DNA from: Vicugna vicugna
Taxonomy: Eukaryota
Assembly (NCBI GenBank): GCA_013265495.1
Contig: MU063123.1
Coordinates: forward strand, 124,001-188,000
DNA: 64,000 nucleotides
Reading direction: 5' to 3'
The translations under genes and the position numbers were made by a program. Shown piece by piece: positions 12,976 to 24,560 of the stretch (within the stretch, counting starts at the first letter, position 1; each line of letters opens with the position of its first letter). The notes beneath the pieces are model-generated. The model saw only the letters and a list, made by a program, of their open reading frames with translations, ran no database searches and was not told the origin of the DNA.

Positions 12976-13678
12976 CCACAGAGTCATTTCCAACCCTTTC
13001 CTCCCATTACCTGCACACTGATACTCTTTCCTACTATTCGTAAGGAGAAGTATCATAAAAATGCTATCAAGCAAGAGCGCTAATAAACCAAATGCGCCTC
13101 CAGCGTATTGGTTCATATTTTGTTGCTTCCTTTTGTTCAAGCTGCGGTTTTCCCATTTTACCAAGTAGGTGAATGGAAGGGGAGCAGAGTGTGGGGACCT
13201 CAGGGGCAGATTCAGAAACACCTTTTCTTATCCCTTACTTTTGTTAGGATGGTGACCATCAGTGCCAATGACTGACCTGCACATCTTCCTTCGTTGCCAT
13301 GGCAGCAACTAACAGGGTCTCCAGTTGGACCCAAGGGCTTGGGAAACAAAGCCATGGGAAAATATGTTTTCTTGACCCTTTGCAGGAAATCCTGCCCAAC
13401 ACACACAAGAATGCAGCATTTCCTGGACCGTCAGTTGCTCAGGTCCAGCCATCAAGGGTGGGCTTGAATGAGCCTGGAAAAGATGCTCACATTCTCAGTG
13501 AATTAGAAAATCTGAAAGTCATGACCAATGTATAAAGATGCCAACATACAACAAAACCCTGGCATGAATTAGTCGGGCCTCTGTGAAAAAAAATGACATG
13601 TATGTTTCAAAATAGACTAAAAGAAGGGAGATACATATTTGACCCTGACATTGCCCATTTTCCCTGCTTCATTTTCAG

Positions 13679-13714
13679 CTGCTTCCAAAGTTTCTACCCA
13701 CCGAGATCAACAGG
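13679..13714 (+). other. Candidate 36-nt frame-preserving microexon (host transcript unknown)
   Basis: Branch-like CCCTGAC (13643-13649), pyrimidine tract cccattttccctgcttcattttcag, donor AGG|GTAAGA; no stop in any frame. Confidence 0.35.
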
Positions 13715-14079
13715 GTAAGATACTGGTCTGAAAGAAAGAAAAGGGAGGTCTGTCTCATGACATTAGAAACAAATGATTGTTCAATATCCTTATTCTAAAA
13801 GCCATGGCTCTAAATTAAAGGGGGGAAAATGCAAGCTACTATTTCCTTCCCTGGGTCCTGGGGGAGGTCACAAGAGTAGGTAATGCACAGCTGTCTTGCT
13901 CTGCACTGGCCTCTCAGGTGGTGACATAGAGCAGCGATGGTGTCTGCAAATAAACATACCGAGAGAAACATCTGTCTTCCTGCCCCTCTCTTTTCCAGAC
14001 AAATGGCACTTAAGATTTCCATTTTGGACTTGTTAAGTGTTCCCCCCAATACCAGCTTCTGTGTTAACCACACCTCCTT

Positions 14080-14200
14080 CTTTTCTTTTTTTTTTTTTCA
14101 ATGAAATACAGTCAGTTTACAATGTATCAATTTCTGGGGTATAGCATAGTGTTTTGAGTCATCTGTATACAGGCATGTATTTGTTTTCATATTCTTTTTA
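14080..14200 (-). mobile_element. L1 3' end (camelid-type), 5'-truncated
   Basis: poly(T) tail then gaaatacagtcagtttacaatgt...gtatagcatag...tgttttcatattcttttt, similar to the 3' end of the L1 at 46524. Confidence 0.6.
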
Positions 14201-14814
14201 CTCTTTTTCTTTGAATCTGTTGGTCACTTTTCTTGACTAGCATTTTAAGATAAAAAAACAAAGATGACAACAGCAAAGTGCAGGCAGACCTCTGCCACTG
14301 TAGGATTAAGGACAAAGAGGTGAAGAATCCACCTCTTGGAATGGAGTGTTACAAGGATGCAGATAATTCTTTTCTTCCTTCTTAAAAGAAATCAGGAGAG
14401 GCAGTGTTTCGGAAACATTTGCATCTAAAATATTGTAGAGGTTTGCAAATGATAGACTCAACCAGATCATGAATGGAATGGTGCTGAGAGCCATACTCTC
14501 CTACAGTCAGGAAAGTAGACCAGACATGAGGACCTCCCCATGGTCCTGTCTGTCGGTCTCTCACACATACGCACCGTGGCCCATACACGACTACACTCAC
14601 CTTCACAAGGCACTCAGACAATGTCTCTCAGACCAGAGAACAGTTTGTGAGTTGGTGCCCCTAAAGCAGTGAGCTGGAAACACAGGCCTCATCTTTCCTG
14701 CTGGGTTATTTAGAAGAACATATGCATAAGGAGATATCCATTTTGTTTATTTTGACTTCACATAGAATCAAGATCATTTAGAGCTGGAAGGCGTTTCAAA
14801 AAGGAAGCAATTCA

Positions 14815-15512
14815 TACTGATTTCCATAACGGCTGCACCAAACTATGTGTAGGAGGGTTCCCTTTGATCCAGCAATCCCACTCCTGGGCATATATCCAGA
14901 GGGAACCTTAATTCAAAAAGACACGTGCACCCCAGTGTTCACAACAGCACTATTTACAATTGCCAAGACATGGAAACAACATAATGTCCATCGACAAATG
15001 ACTGGATTAAGAAACTGTGGTATAATTTACACAATGGAATACTACTCAGCCATAAAAAGGAATAAAATACTGCCATTTGTAGCAAGATGGGTGAACCTGG
15101 AGATTGTCATTCCAAGTGAAGTAAGTCAGAAAGAGAAAGAAAAATACCACATGACATCACTTACATGTGGAATCTAAAAAAAACAAAAAAAGATGAATTT
15201 ACTTACAAAACAGAAACAGACTCACAGACATAGAAAACAAACTTATGATTACCAGGGGGAAGAAGGTGGGAAGGGATAAATTCGGAGTTCAAGATTTGCA
15301 AAGACTAACTAATATATATAAACTAGATAAACAAGTTCACACTGTATAGCACAGGGACTATATTCAATATCTTGCAGTAACTTACAGTGAAAAGGAATAT
15401 GAAAATGAATATATGTATGTTCCCATATGACTGAAGCATTGTGCTGTACACCAGAAATTGATACAATATTATAAACTTATTATACTTCAATAAAAGTATA
15501 TTTTAAAAAATT
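14815..15512 (+). mobile_element. 5'-truncated L1 with 5' inversion (twin priming)
   Basis: ORF2 C-terminus (FDPAIPLLGIYP...MEYYSAIKRNKILPF...SEVSQKEKEKYHM), 3'UTR and AATAAA; first ~48 nt are antisense L1; TSD AAGCAATTCA at 14805-14814 and 15513-15522. Confidence 0.95.
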
Positions 15513-15529
15513 AAGCAATTCAACCCCTA

Positions 15530-15990
15530 GACGTCCCTAGTGAAGGAAAGTGCCCTAGCGCGGTCGAGGCGGCAGGCAGCAGGGCCCTGGACCCTCGTCA
15601 CCGCATCCCCAGGCCTTTCGTTCCAACATCTCCACCTCCTTAGGCATTGCACATCCACTTCCTCCTCCACGCAGCTCACGACCTCTCCCCAAAGCACTCT
15701 GCTGCTGTTATTTAGAAACAAAGAGCACAGAAGCATCGTGTTTCTGCGGCTATTTCGGTGCCCACTGACTTGCAGCGTATGATGTACCAGAGCACCAGCG
15801 CCCAGGCACACCCAGTGCAGAGCGAGGCCAGCGCCCGCTCAGGTTCCCAGCCCCTCCCTGCCCTCCCTTTTCATTTGTAAACGAAACATTTAAAAGTTAG
15901 CTTAATTAAATGGATTCATTAATTAAAATTGATTAATTAATGAAAAGGTAATTAAATGGAGAAAATTTTAATCAGATTAAAGACTGCTAA
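15530..15990. promoter_or_regulatory. Candidate developmental enhancer: CpG-retaining block plus homeodomain-site cluster
   Basis: CpG-rich 15530-15850 followed by dense TAAT/ATTA cluster 15901-15980 including TAATCAGATTA; no repeat similarity noticed. Confidence 0.45.
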
Positions 15991-16069
15991 AAGAAGACAG
16001 GGAGAGTAAACCTGTGTAAATTCAAATTTATTCGAGTTCTGGTTAGTTTTACAAGTTAATGTGCTGTCC

Positions 16070-16210
16070 ATCCAGCCAACAAAAGTTTAATCAACCAACG
16101 TCTCATTCAAAATCATGTTTTGCCCATGTTCTAGGTGCCAGTTATTGGGTGCAGGAAGTCACATGAAACACAGTCTAGTTAGGAAGATAGACAAGTATAC
16201 ATAGTGATTA
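16070..16210 (-). mobile_element. L2 3' end
   Basis: ctcattcaaaatcatg...tctaggtgccagttattgggtgcagg...cagtctagttaggaagatagacaag. Confidence 0.45.
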
Positions 16211-18440
16211 CGCTACAGTATAATAGATACACGACATCCACATAGACTCCATATTATGTACTGTTGTCAAAGGCTCTTGACTGAACATGATAAAAGACAT
16301 AATAATAATAGTTCCTGCCCATTATGAGCTTTAATTAGTAGGAGCCATAAGGCAACAAAAATTCTAATGCAAAGTAAAATCGTTTCCTCTGAATTACTCT
16401 GTAATTTACAGCATTTAAAAAATGAGGGACAGAAGCTCCCTCATAAATATAAGAAAAGATGGAGAGTGGTTATTATTATTTTGGAGTAGAACAGAAAAAG
16501 ATCTTGAGGGTCAGAGTGTCTTGTGAGTCAAAGATAATAATCTGCAGAGAGCCCCCTAGTTTAAACAAAGAACTTGACGTTTGGATGTCCAAACAAAGAG
16601 AAGTCAGCAAATGAAAATCATAAGGGAATCAGTGCTCTCTAGAACTAGGATTGGTCTTCATGACTTCAGGGAAAATTAAAACAAATAGAGACATTTCATT
16701 TCACAAATGAAACTGAAGAGAGGGTTCCTAATAAAGGCTAAAGTAACGCTACTTCATTGACTGGATGAAGAAAGGAAGATGTGTTCTTATTGGAGAGTCA
16801 TAGAGGAGACTTGAGTCCCTTCCTGGCACCATCTCTCCCTGTGCTTCTCATAGCCTTGAAAGGAGGAGGGCGGCGTCAGCCAAGGGATCTAAGTTTGGAT
16901 GTGGTCCATCCTGGAGTTGGGGAGACTGACTTCTTAGGAGACTTCCTCCTTTCATTTTTTTCAGTGTTACCAAACATGATTTCGATCCTTCTGTAATTGT
17001 CCTTTACTTTATTATGTCAAAAGGAGGAGAGTCACTACCTCCACAATGATCTGAAAAATTCCTCAAAGGGCGAAGCCTTCAGAACCTATAGATTTAAAAA
17101 ATATCCTTTTGTTAAACGGAGTACCAAGCTGTTACTAAAAAGGCTTGCCTTTTCAAAGTCTTCTGCCCATAAGACCCACCTGAAAAGAGGAGAGCGATTT
17201 TCTCTAGTTTTCATGCATGTTTCCTTGGAGAGTGTTTTCTTTCTCCCTTCAGCACTTTACTAAGTCACATCTCCCTTCTTGCTTTGGTTTTACTGATGTA
17301 TCTCCATGACTCAGGCCTCGACTGTCCTCTTTCATTCCAAACCCTAACGCTCATTTCATTTTGGCTATTCAACCATCTTTGATGCTCCTATCGCACTTCC
17401 TCGAAGAAAATTCAGCTACTCCGTCTTGCTTACAATGAAACCAAACCACCATGCAGCAGCCATCCTCTCTCCCTATCTACTGTCTTAAAAAGAATTTGAA
17501 TTATCACTTGAGTATCAGTTAGGAGACTGGATGATGCTCTCGCTACCATTTTCTTCAAATTCTTTCCTCTTTGAAATAAACTGATGAAAATAAAAGCAAC
17601 AATTAAAGTAGGAAAACATAAATTCTTCTAAGTAACACAGCTATAATCCTGCTTTCCACTTCCCACATTCCACAGAACCTAATTTTAATAATATTTTAAT
17701 TGATTGATTTTTTAATGTTTGTTTATTTTTAATTTTGGCCCACAATCAGTTCCCGAAGTGAATAGTTTTCTCCAAATTGTGTTAAGAAAGTGGCTTGACA
17801 GGAAGATGAAAAATAAAATTTCAAATTTGAACTGAGAATAATTTTGAATTATTTTAAATAATTTAACACAAGGCATTAACGATCCCAATGTGAGGAATGG
17901 TAAAATCTTTAAAGAGGTATAATTTTAAAAATATGTACATTGCCACAATGAAATAGTGAAGGCTGGATGATAAAAACAGCACTTAGAAAACTGCACCTGA
18001 CTTCCACATGTGGAAACGTCTGAACTGAGCAAAACTCTCCTTCTCAACCTGAGTTCATTAGTTATTCAGGGAGCTATGAACAGATCATGAATAAAATCCA
18101 CCTGTGGTGGTTTTAAAACATGGCTGCAAATTCCTTGGCACTCCTCCCATTGAGAGGACGGAGTTCCGTCCCTTTCCCTTTGACTGAAGGTTGGGCTTAC
18201 TGACTAACTTCTCACAAAGAGAATGTGACAGGAGGAAGGCTGGCAGACTTCTGAGGCTCGGTTACAGGCGTGATACTGCTCCCACCTAACTCTGCCTCTC
18301 CTGGGAGTCCTGTCCTTGCAATGCAGCTGCCATCATGTGAGGAAGCCCAAGCCACATGGAGGTGCCACGTGTAGCTGATCTGGCTAACAGCTCAGGTTCC
18401 AGATTTTTTAAAGGTACCCAGGATTTATTTTAATCAGATA

Positions 18441-18906
18441 TGTTAAGACTTGCAGACACAAGAATGAGTCATGAAGGAAGAAGTTTTTCTATTTACAGAT
18501 CTCTAGAAACAGAAGACATGGGAGGCCACACAGGATGACACGGAAGCACCAGGGCAGTCAGGAGGCAGAGGGAGCGAGGGGAAAATGTGGGCAAGAGCCT
18601 TTACTGAGGTTTCCATAAGAAGGAGCCGGTGAGGCAGGGTGATCAGGCTTCGGAATGGCTAGTCTGAGTAATTTCGGTGGGCTCTAGGATGCAGGACTTG
18701 TCTCTAGTTGTCTGATAGCTGCCCCTGGGGTGATGAAGGCAGGTAGCTAGAAGTCCAGAGTGTGAGAGCCCATAAAGGAGGTGGCTAAGTTGCCTGTGAA
18801 AGTTGTTTACCCTCTCTAGGACCCAGCGAGCTCTGGGAGGGCAGTCCCTCCAGGGTCAGTAAGGCCCCAGATGGCAAAGCATCAGAATAAAAAGGTATGT
18901 TTAACA
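18441..18906 (-). mobile_element. ERVL-type solo LTR (MER73/74/88-like) nested in the MLT1
   Basis: TG...CA termini; minus strand begins tgttaaacatacc..attctgatgctttgccatctggggccttactgaccctggagggactgcc. Confidence 0.65.
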
Positions 18907-19080
18907 TACCAGCTGACAGCCAGCATCAGCTACCAGACATGTGAGGGAGGAAGCCTTTGAGATGCCCTTAGTCACTGTGTCTGACTACAGTCCCAGGAGA
19001 GACACCTTGAGTGAAAACTGTCTTTCTGAGTTTTCTGAGCTTGGTCAACCCCCAAACCTGTGAGAGACAGCCATCATCAT

Positions 19081-19135
19081 GTAGTAGTAGGAGGAGGAGG
19101 AGGAAGGAGGAGGAGGAGGAGGAGAAGAAGAAGGA
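19081..19135 (+). repeat. Compound microsatellite (GTA)n-(GGA)n-(GAA)n
   Basis: Directly visible. Confidence 0.9.
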
Positions 19136-19834
19136 AAAGCAGCAATGATTGTTCTTGACATTTTAGACCACTTATGGGCAATTTGTTATGCACCAGTAGA
19201 GAACCAGGATATCCTGTTTAAGGAGTTGACATTATGGCATAAATCACTTTTAGGTGCTATTGCTTATACTTTAAACATTGAAAAGAATTGTATGTACGTG
19301 GCTAAGGCGAGAGTTGGGGATTTGGGGACTAGGGAGCTGTGCCCCGAACCTCTTCAAATCAGACCAGACTGGCTGTCATCAGCTCAGTGTGCTATGAGGC
19401 TGGACTGTTCTGTGGGACTACCTCAAAGAGAAATCTCAACTCTACTTCTGCTATGTTAAAAGATAATCTGGGAAAATGTAATTCAAAGCATTTCAGGAAA
19501 CGTAATTTTAAATGCCACAAACCAGAGGGTAAAGCAAAGATTTTTTTTTAATTCCTGAGTCTGACATTAACATTTTGATAAGTTGTTATGCACACATTTT
19601 CAAAATAAAACCCCAAATGATCAGGGAAGCCATAAAGGAAGTCTCTTTGGAGGCAAAGTAAGGAGATCTCCTTTGAGTCCGTCTAAATGACCTTGAACAT
19701 CTGCCTTCTAAGGTTCTGCATCATTTGGCACCCCTAGTTCCTAGCTACATGGTGGGTGCTTGTTTTGAGTGAGTGAATGAATGGGAGAGACACAATGTCT
19801 TTGAAAAGCAGACAATAACTTTATGCACTCAACC

Positions 19835-20043
19835 NNNNNNNNNNNNNNNNNNNNNNNNNNNNNNNNNNNNNNNNNNNNNNNNNNNNNNNNNNNNNNNNNN
19901 NNNNNNNNNNNNNNNNNNNNNNNNNNNNNNNNNNNNNNNNNNNNNNNNNNNNNNNNNNNNNNNNNNNNNNNNNNNNNNNNNNNNNNNNNNNNNNNNNNNN
20001 NNNNNNNNNNNNNNNNNNNNNNNNNNNNNNNNNNNNNNNNNNN
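19835..20043. other. Assembly gap (N run)
   Basis: N bases. Confidence 0.99.
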
Positions 20044-21919
20044 ATCTTCCCATTAATTCAATTAAGCTGTTTAGAAATTAGTATCTTGTTAGATGCAGGG
20101 TCTGGTTCTCCAGAAAGCTTCATTACTTGATTAGATATACCCTTTGTTCCGATATGGGTTAGGATTTGGGTTGAAGGCAAGCCAAAAGTTTTTATGGCTA
20201 CTTTGGTTGCTTCTTGTCTTTTAATTTGTGACTTCAGCATTTGCTCCCTGTACATAAATTTGGAAATTTTTCTTTCATGCTATTACTGCTATTCATGATG
20301 AGTCTGTAACTCACCACAGACTAAAATGCAATTTGCTAAACTATGATTTGCATCTATATGAATCGCAAATATCAACAGCACAACTGAAAAACCGAGACTA
20401 CAAATGCAGGCAAAACCACTGCATGTAAACGTGTTCAGTCAACTAAATAAATGCACAGTGAAACATGGATCTTCCATAAATGTCCTGAAAACCAAAACTT
20501 TCAAAAAAAAAAAAGAAGAAGAAGAAGAAGGACATGAGTAAATACAAAGACCTGAACTAAAAAGTGTCTCCTAGGCTCATCTATATTAGGATTTGAAATG
20601 GCTGTTTATTATTTATACATGATGAGCATCTTTAAAAAGAGGGGTGGAGGATTTCAGCAACTTTTAACAAAAGCATAGGTACAGTAATGCCCCAAACCAT
20701 TAACAGACAATTGAAGAAAAAAGACAGTTAATAGCCAAGAAGAGAAAGACCAAAATTAGGTCAAGAAATCCTGTTGAGAAAGCTTTACCCACGGAGCATA
20801 GAGGTTGGCGCTAAGTTTCCTGGCAGGTCATCTAATGATGTCGAGCTATTTCAAGTGACCAAAGGAAAGGAACAGTCGAACACCATTCTTTCACCAAGTC
20901 TTTACTGAGCATCCAAATCAGGGGTGAACAGCTCATTCGAAGTGTCCTTCCTCATAGTCATAGAATTTCAAAGCTTTCATGTGATATATCAATTAAGTGT
21001 CACAAAACATCTCCCCAAGTCACCTGAAATATACAAGTAATATGATGTAATACTTAGTGGTTCCTCAGATGGTGAGAGTTAGTTTCCTACTTTGAAGGGG
21101 AGAAAATCCACAGCCGAGAAACTGAAGATCTTGTGGGAAAAGTAGGATTACTGGGACAGAGGTCACAGATTGAATTTATAAAAGCTTTGTACATGTTTTT
21201 ATGTCCCCTAAAATGAAATAGCACAGCAATGAATGATAAACACCAATGGTGTTTTTTGGCATTGCTCAAACTGGTAAAAATAAATACTACGAAATTAACT
21301 TTTATCTACAATGCTTTGTTTGCTAGGAATTCTTTTTCAAACATTTTAATCAGATGGCTGTATATTCGTATCTCCTTCTTACAATAATAATGATACTAAT
21401 TCTGTACCTGATTCTCCTTTCAAATACCCAAATACTTTAAATTGTATCATTTTGATTCCCACATTCCAGGTTTCGCAGTGTTTATAGAAGTTAGGGTTAT
21501 TGAATTAGAAAAGGCTTTATGCAACTTGCCACAACCCATCTGGTTATAAGGTCACATAACACTGGCTGTGAACGCCTCCCAGCCTCACAGGCATAGCTTG
21601 ACTCCCTCCTTTCTAACAAAGAAGTCTAATTTTAAGAACCTAGTTTCCTTTCTCTTAGCTGCCTTTCTTTCCTAAAATTTTGTTGCAAAACCTCTACTCT
21701 TGCATCTTTATTTTAAATTTCCAAACTTCCTTCTTTGCCAAGTATCCTCTAAACAAACAATTCACAATTTTAATGTATTAGAATCAACTTCTTGCAATTG
21801 TTGAGAAGACATTCAGAGAAAAAACATCACGTGCTAGAATTTTATTTAAGAAGAATTTGCTTTGAGTGGAGTGGACATATTATGTGCCAATCCTGACAGT
21901 TCTGGAAGTTGGTGGGGAT

Positions 21920-22135
21920 GGAATGAGCATGTATTAATTACCATCCACGTGCCAGACACTGTATAAGTTATTTCTTATCATCACTACAACTTTCTAAGTT
22001 AAGTGTTATTTGACATCCACTCTACGGAAGAAAAATGGAGGCTCAGGAAGGCCAGGACATTCTCCAAGGTCTTGCAGCTGGTAAGTAGTAGAGCTGCAAT
22101 TCAGCGATACTTTTCTCTGGCCCCAAGCTTCCTTA
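21920..22135 (-). mobile_element. MIR
   Basis: gtgccagacactgtataag...gaaaaatggaggctcaggaagg...ccaaggtcttgcagctggtaagtagtagagctgcaattc. Confidence 0.65.
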
Positions 22136-22369
22136 GATTTCTTTGGGATCTTTTTATTTAACACAAATATCACACCAAAACCAGAACACATGTTAATAAA
22201 ACCATTTTTAAATGCTTGAATTGTTCCTTGGCTATTTACCTTAATATATTAAGCTATATAGACTGGATAGTCTCCCGATTTATTTGACAGTTTTTGATAG
22301 ACATGAAAAATTCCGTTTTAGCCCACCCATGTGTTTCATTAATCCTTATTTTAGTGCCCATCTTTGGCA

Positions 22370-22575
22370 CAAAGAGTATGGCAGTGAGAAGTGTAGCTTG
22401 CCTCGATTATTTAATAATATTTGTGTGACCTTAGGGAAGTTACTCTAACCTCTCTATGCCTCAGTTCCTTTTTGTAAAACAGGAGTAATAGTAGTACCTA
22501 TCTCATAGAATTGTGAAGAGAATAAATGAGTTAATAGGTACAAAGAGCCTAGAACGGAGCCTGGTATGTACTAAG
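22370..22575 (+). mobile_element. MIR
   Basis: gtgtgaccttagggaagttactctaacctctctatgcctcagttcc...gtagtacctatctcatagaattgtgaag. Confidence 0.75.
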
Positions 22576-23829
22576 TTCTGTCTGGGTCTCTGCTAACCTA
22601 AAAAAGAATCGTTCAATGATAATGTAATTCCCACAGTAATCTTTAGAAAATAATAAATCATAAAACTAAGGCTAAAATCTTTTCAAACATGTATCCAGGC
22701 TGTTGTTGTTAAGAAAGGGAAAATGTAGATCATTTTGGTCACAACACTGTGAGCATAGATGGTACTCTTACAAGGTTCTCATTTGACAAATTGGACATTG
22801 AAATCATTTATGTTAGCAACCAATTTCTTCTTCAACTGAATAATGTGAAAAGTCACCTCTTGTTATGATGCCAAAATCTGACCATCTTTGACCTATAAAT
22901 AATGGATGATTGAAGTAGTTCAACATAATATTAATGGATATGCAAGAACGTTGTTCATTGGAAACGAAACAACTTTTCAGCTTCCACTTTGCTGAGAAAT
23001 GACTGCATCTGGACGCTTTAGGCACTGGGTGACTTAGGGAGAGTTGTGAGGGATTTCCTCTGTGTTTGCCTTTCAGTCTTGGATGATGGAAAACCATCCC
23101 CCCAGATTTAGCCACCACATTTCCTGGAGTTTCAGACAAAATAGAATTTTTTTCCATTACTCTTTACTTTGTAGGATCAAGAATGTCAAGCCAGCTAGTC
23201 AGTACAGGAATAGACTCCATAAATGATCACCACAGACTTTTAAAAAAAGTTCAACAAACATTTATTGAGTGCCTCCTAAAAGCCAAACCCTAAGGATATA
23301 AACATCATATTCTCCATGAACATCATAATCAGCATTTGAATAGGCATCATTTCATGAGAACTCTGTGCCAGTCACTGTGCTGAGTACTTTACATACATAC
23401 CTCTTTCAAGCTCCTGCGAAGTTGGATCCCTGCCCCTAAGAAGTTAGCAACTCAGAGAGTGAACCAGACAAGCTATATAACGTCACGTGGTGGGCTGTCT
23501 CCCTGTAACACTCTCCCCGGCCATGTCCTCCCTCCAGGGCACATCTGAACCTATAATCAGCTGCTTCTAGAGGCTGCTCTGGCCACTCTGTGTCTTTTCT
23601 CCAGAGGAAATCAGCTCCCACAGAAGAGCAAAAGCTGATGCTCTATTGTGAATGGAGCCACACTGAAACACAGAGAGGGCAGGTGAATTTCCAAGGTGTT
23701 CACAGAATGCACAATGAAACCAGACCTCCCTTTCCCAGCTAGATCTTGCTTCCCAGTTTAGAGCACGAGATGAATACAGAAAAGGCAGAATGGCAACTAA
23801 TAGAAACCCTCTACATTTTCACTGCAGCA

Positions 23830-24090
23830 TTGGGTGAGCATAGTCATAATCCTAACTAGATATCATTCATCAAATGCCAACAACATGCTGGGGCTCTCAC
23901 CCACCCAGGGCCTCATCTACCCAGCAATGCCCTAAAGTAGGCGCTACTGTCATTTTCATCTTACTGACAGAGAAAACGAGGTGGAGGGCAGTTGAGTCAC
24001 AGCTGCATGGGGGTTCGAACCCAGGTCTGTCTCACTTTAAGGTCCATGGTGTCCCTAAGACACTGAGCGCTTCTCCAGCCTGGGTACAGC
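23830..24090 (-). mobile_element. MIR
   Basis: cattttcatcttactgacagagaaaacgagg...ggggttcgaacccaggtctgtc. Confidence 0.55.
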
Positions 24091-24369
24091 TTTATTTTCT
24101 GCCTCTCTGTCTGTAGTCTTCCATTTTCTTCACCATGTTAGCCCCTCCCTTGCTGTAATTTCAGCCTGTCACTGACTTCCAATGGTGGTTGCATCAAGGG
24201 CACTGCCTGGACAGAGATGCCCAAGAATGGAGGAATAAGATGAGGTTTTACCCAGAAGTGGGATGAGACATTTATGTGGAGGATCTAAGAAAACCATGGG
24301 AGCATCATGTCCTGGATTCCGCATCCTCTAGGGAGCAGGTGACAGAGTGCTGAGGGCCTCCCATCCATC

Positions 24370-24560
24370 AGTTCAACAGCAACACGTTCCTAATAGTTCC
24401 CAGCTGTGCAGCCCTTCCTCCCCTTTTACAGATGTGGACACCGAAGCAGAAGGAATGGCAAGAGGCTGACCTGGGGTCACACACAGCACAGCAGGGATCA
24501 AACCCCACAAACTTTGAATTTTTAGCCTATGGCTTCGCCCATCAGTCCACCCCACATACC
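24370..24560 (-). mobile_element. MIR remnant
   Basis: ccccttttacagatgtggacaccgaagcag...ggtcacacacagc...gggatcaaaccc. Confidence 0.45.

Larger units (their letters stand above)
18103..19210 (+). mobile_element. MaLR solo LTR, MLT1E/F/G-like, split by a nested LTR and a microsatellite
   Basis: Start TGTGGTGGTTTTAAAACATGGCTGCAAATTCC; gcagctgccatcatgtgaggaagcccaagccacatgg; resumes at ccagctgacagccagcatc (~18909); tail gcaatttgttatgcaccagtagagaacc. Confidence 0.75.

Noticed and set aside
14845-15177. 110-aa ORF as a host gene (also 28352-28567 and 47148-47369)
   Set aside because: These are L1 ORF2 C-terminal fragments
22813-23157. 114-aa minus-strand ORF
   Set aside because: No recognisable homology and no supporting splice or promoter context
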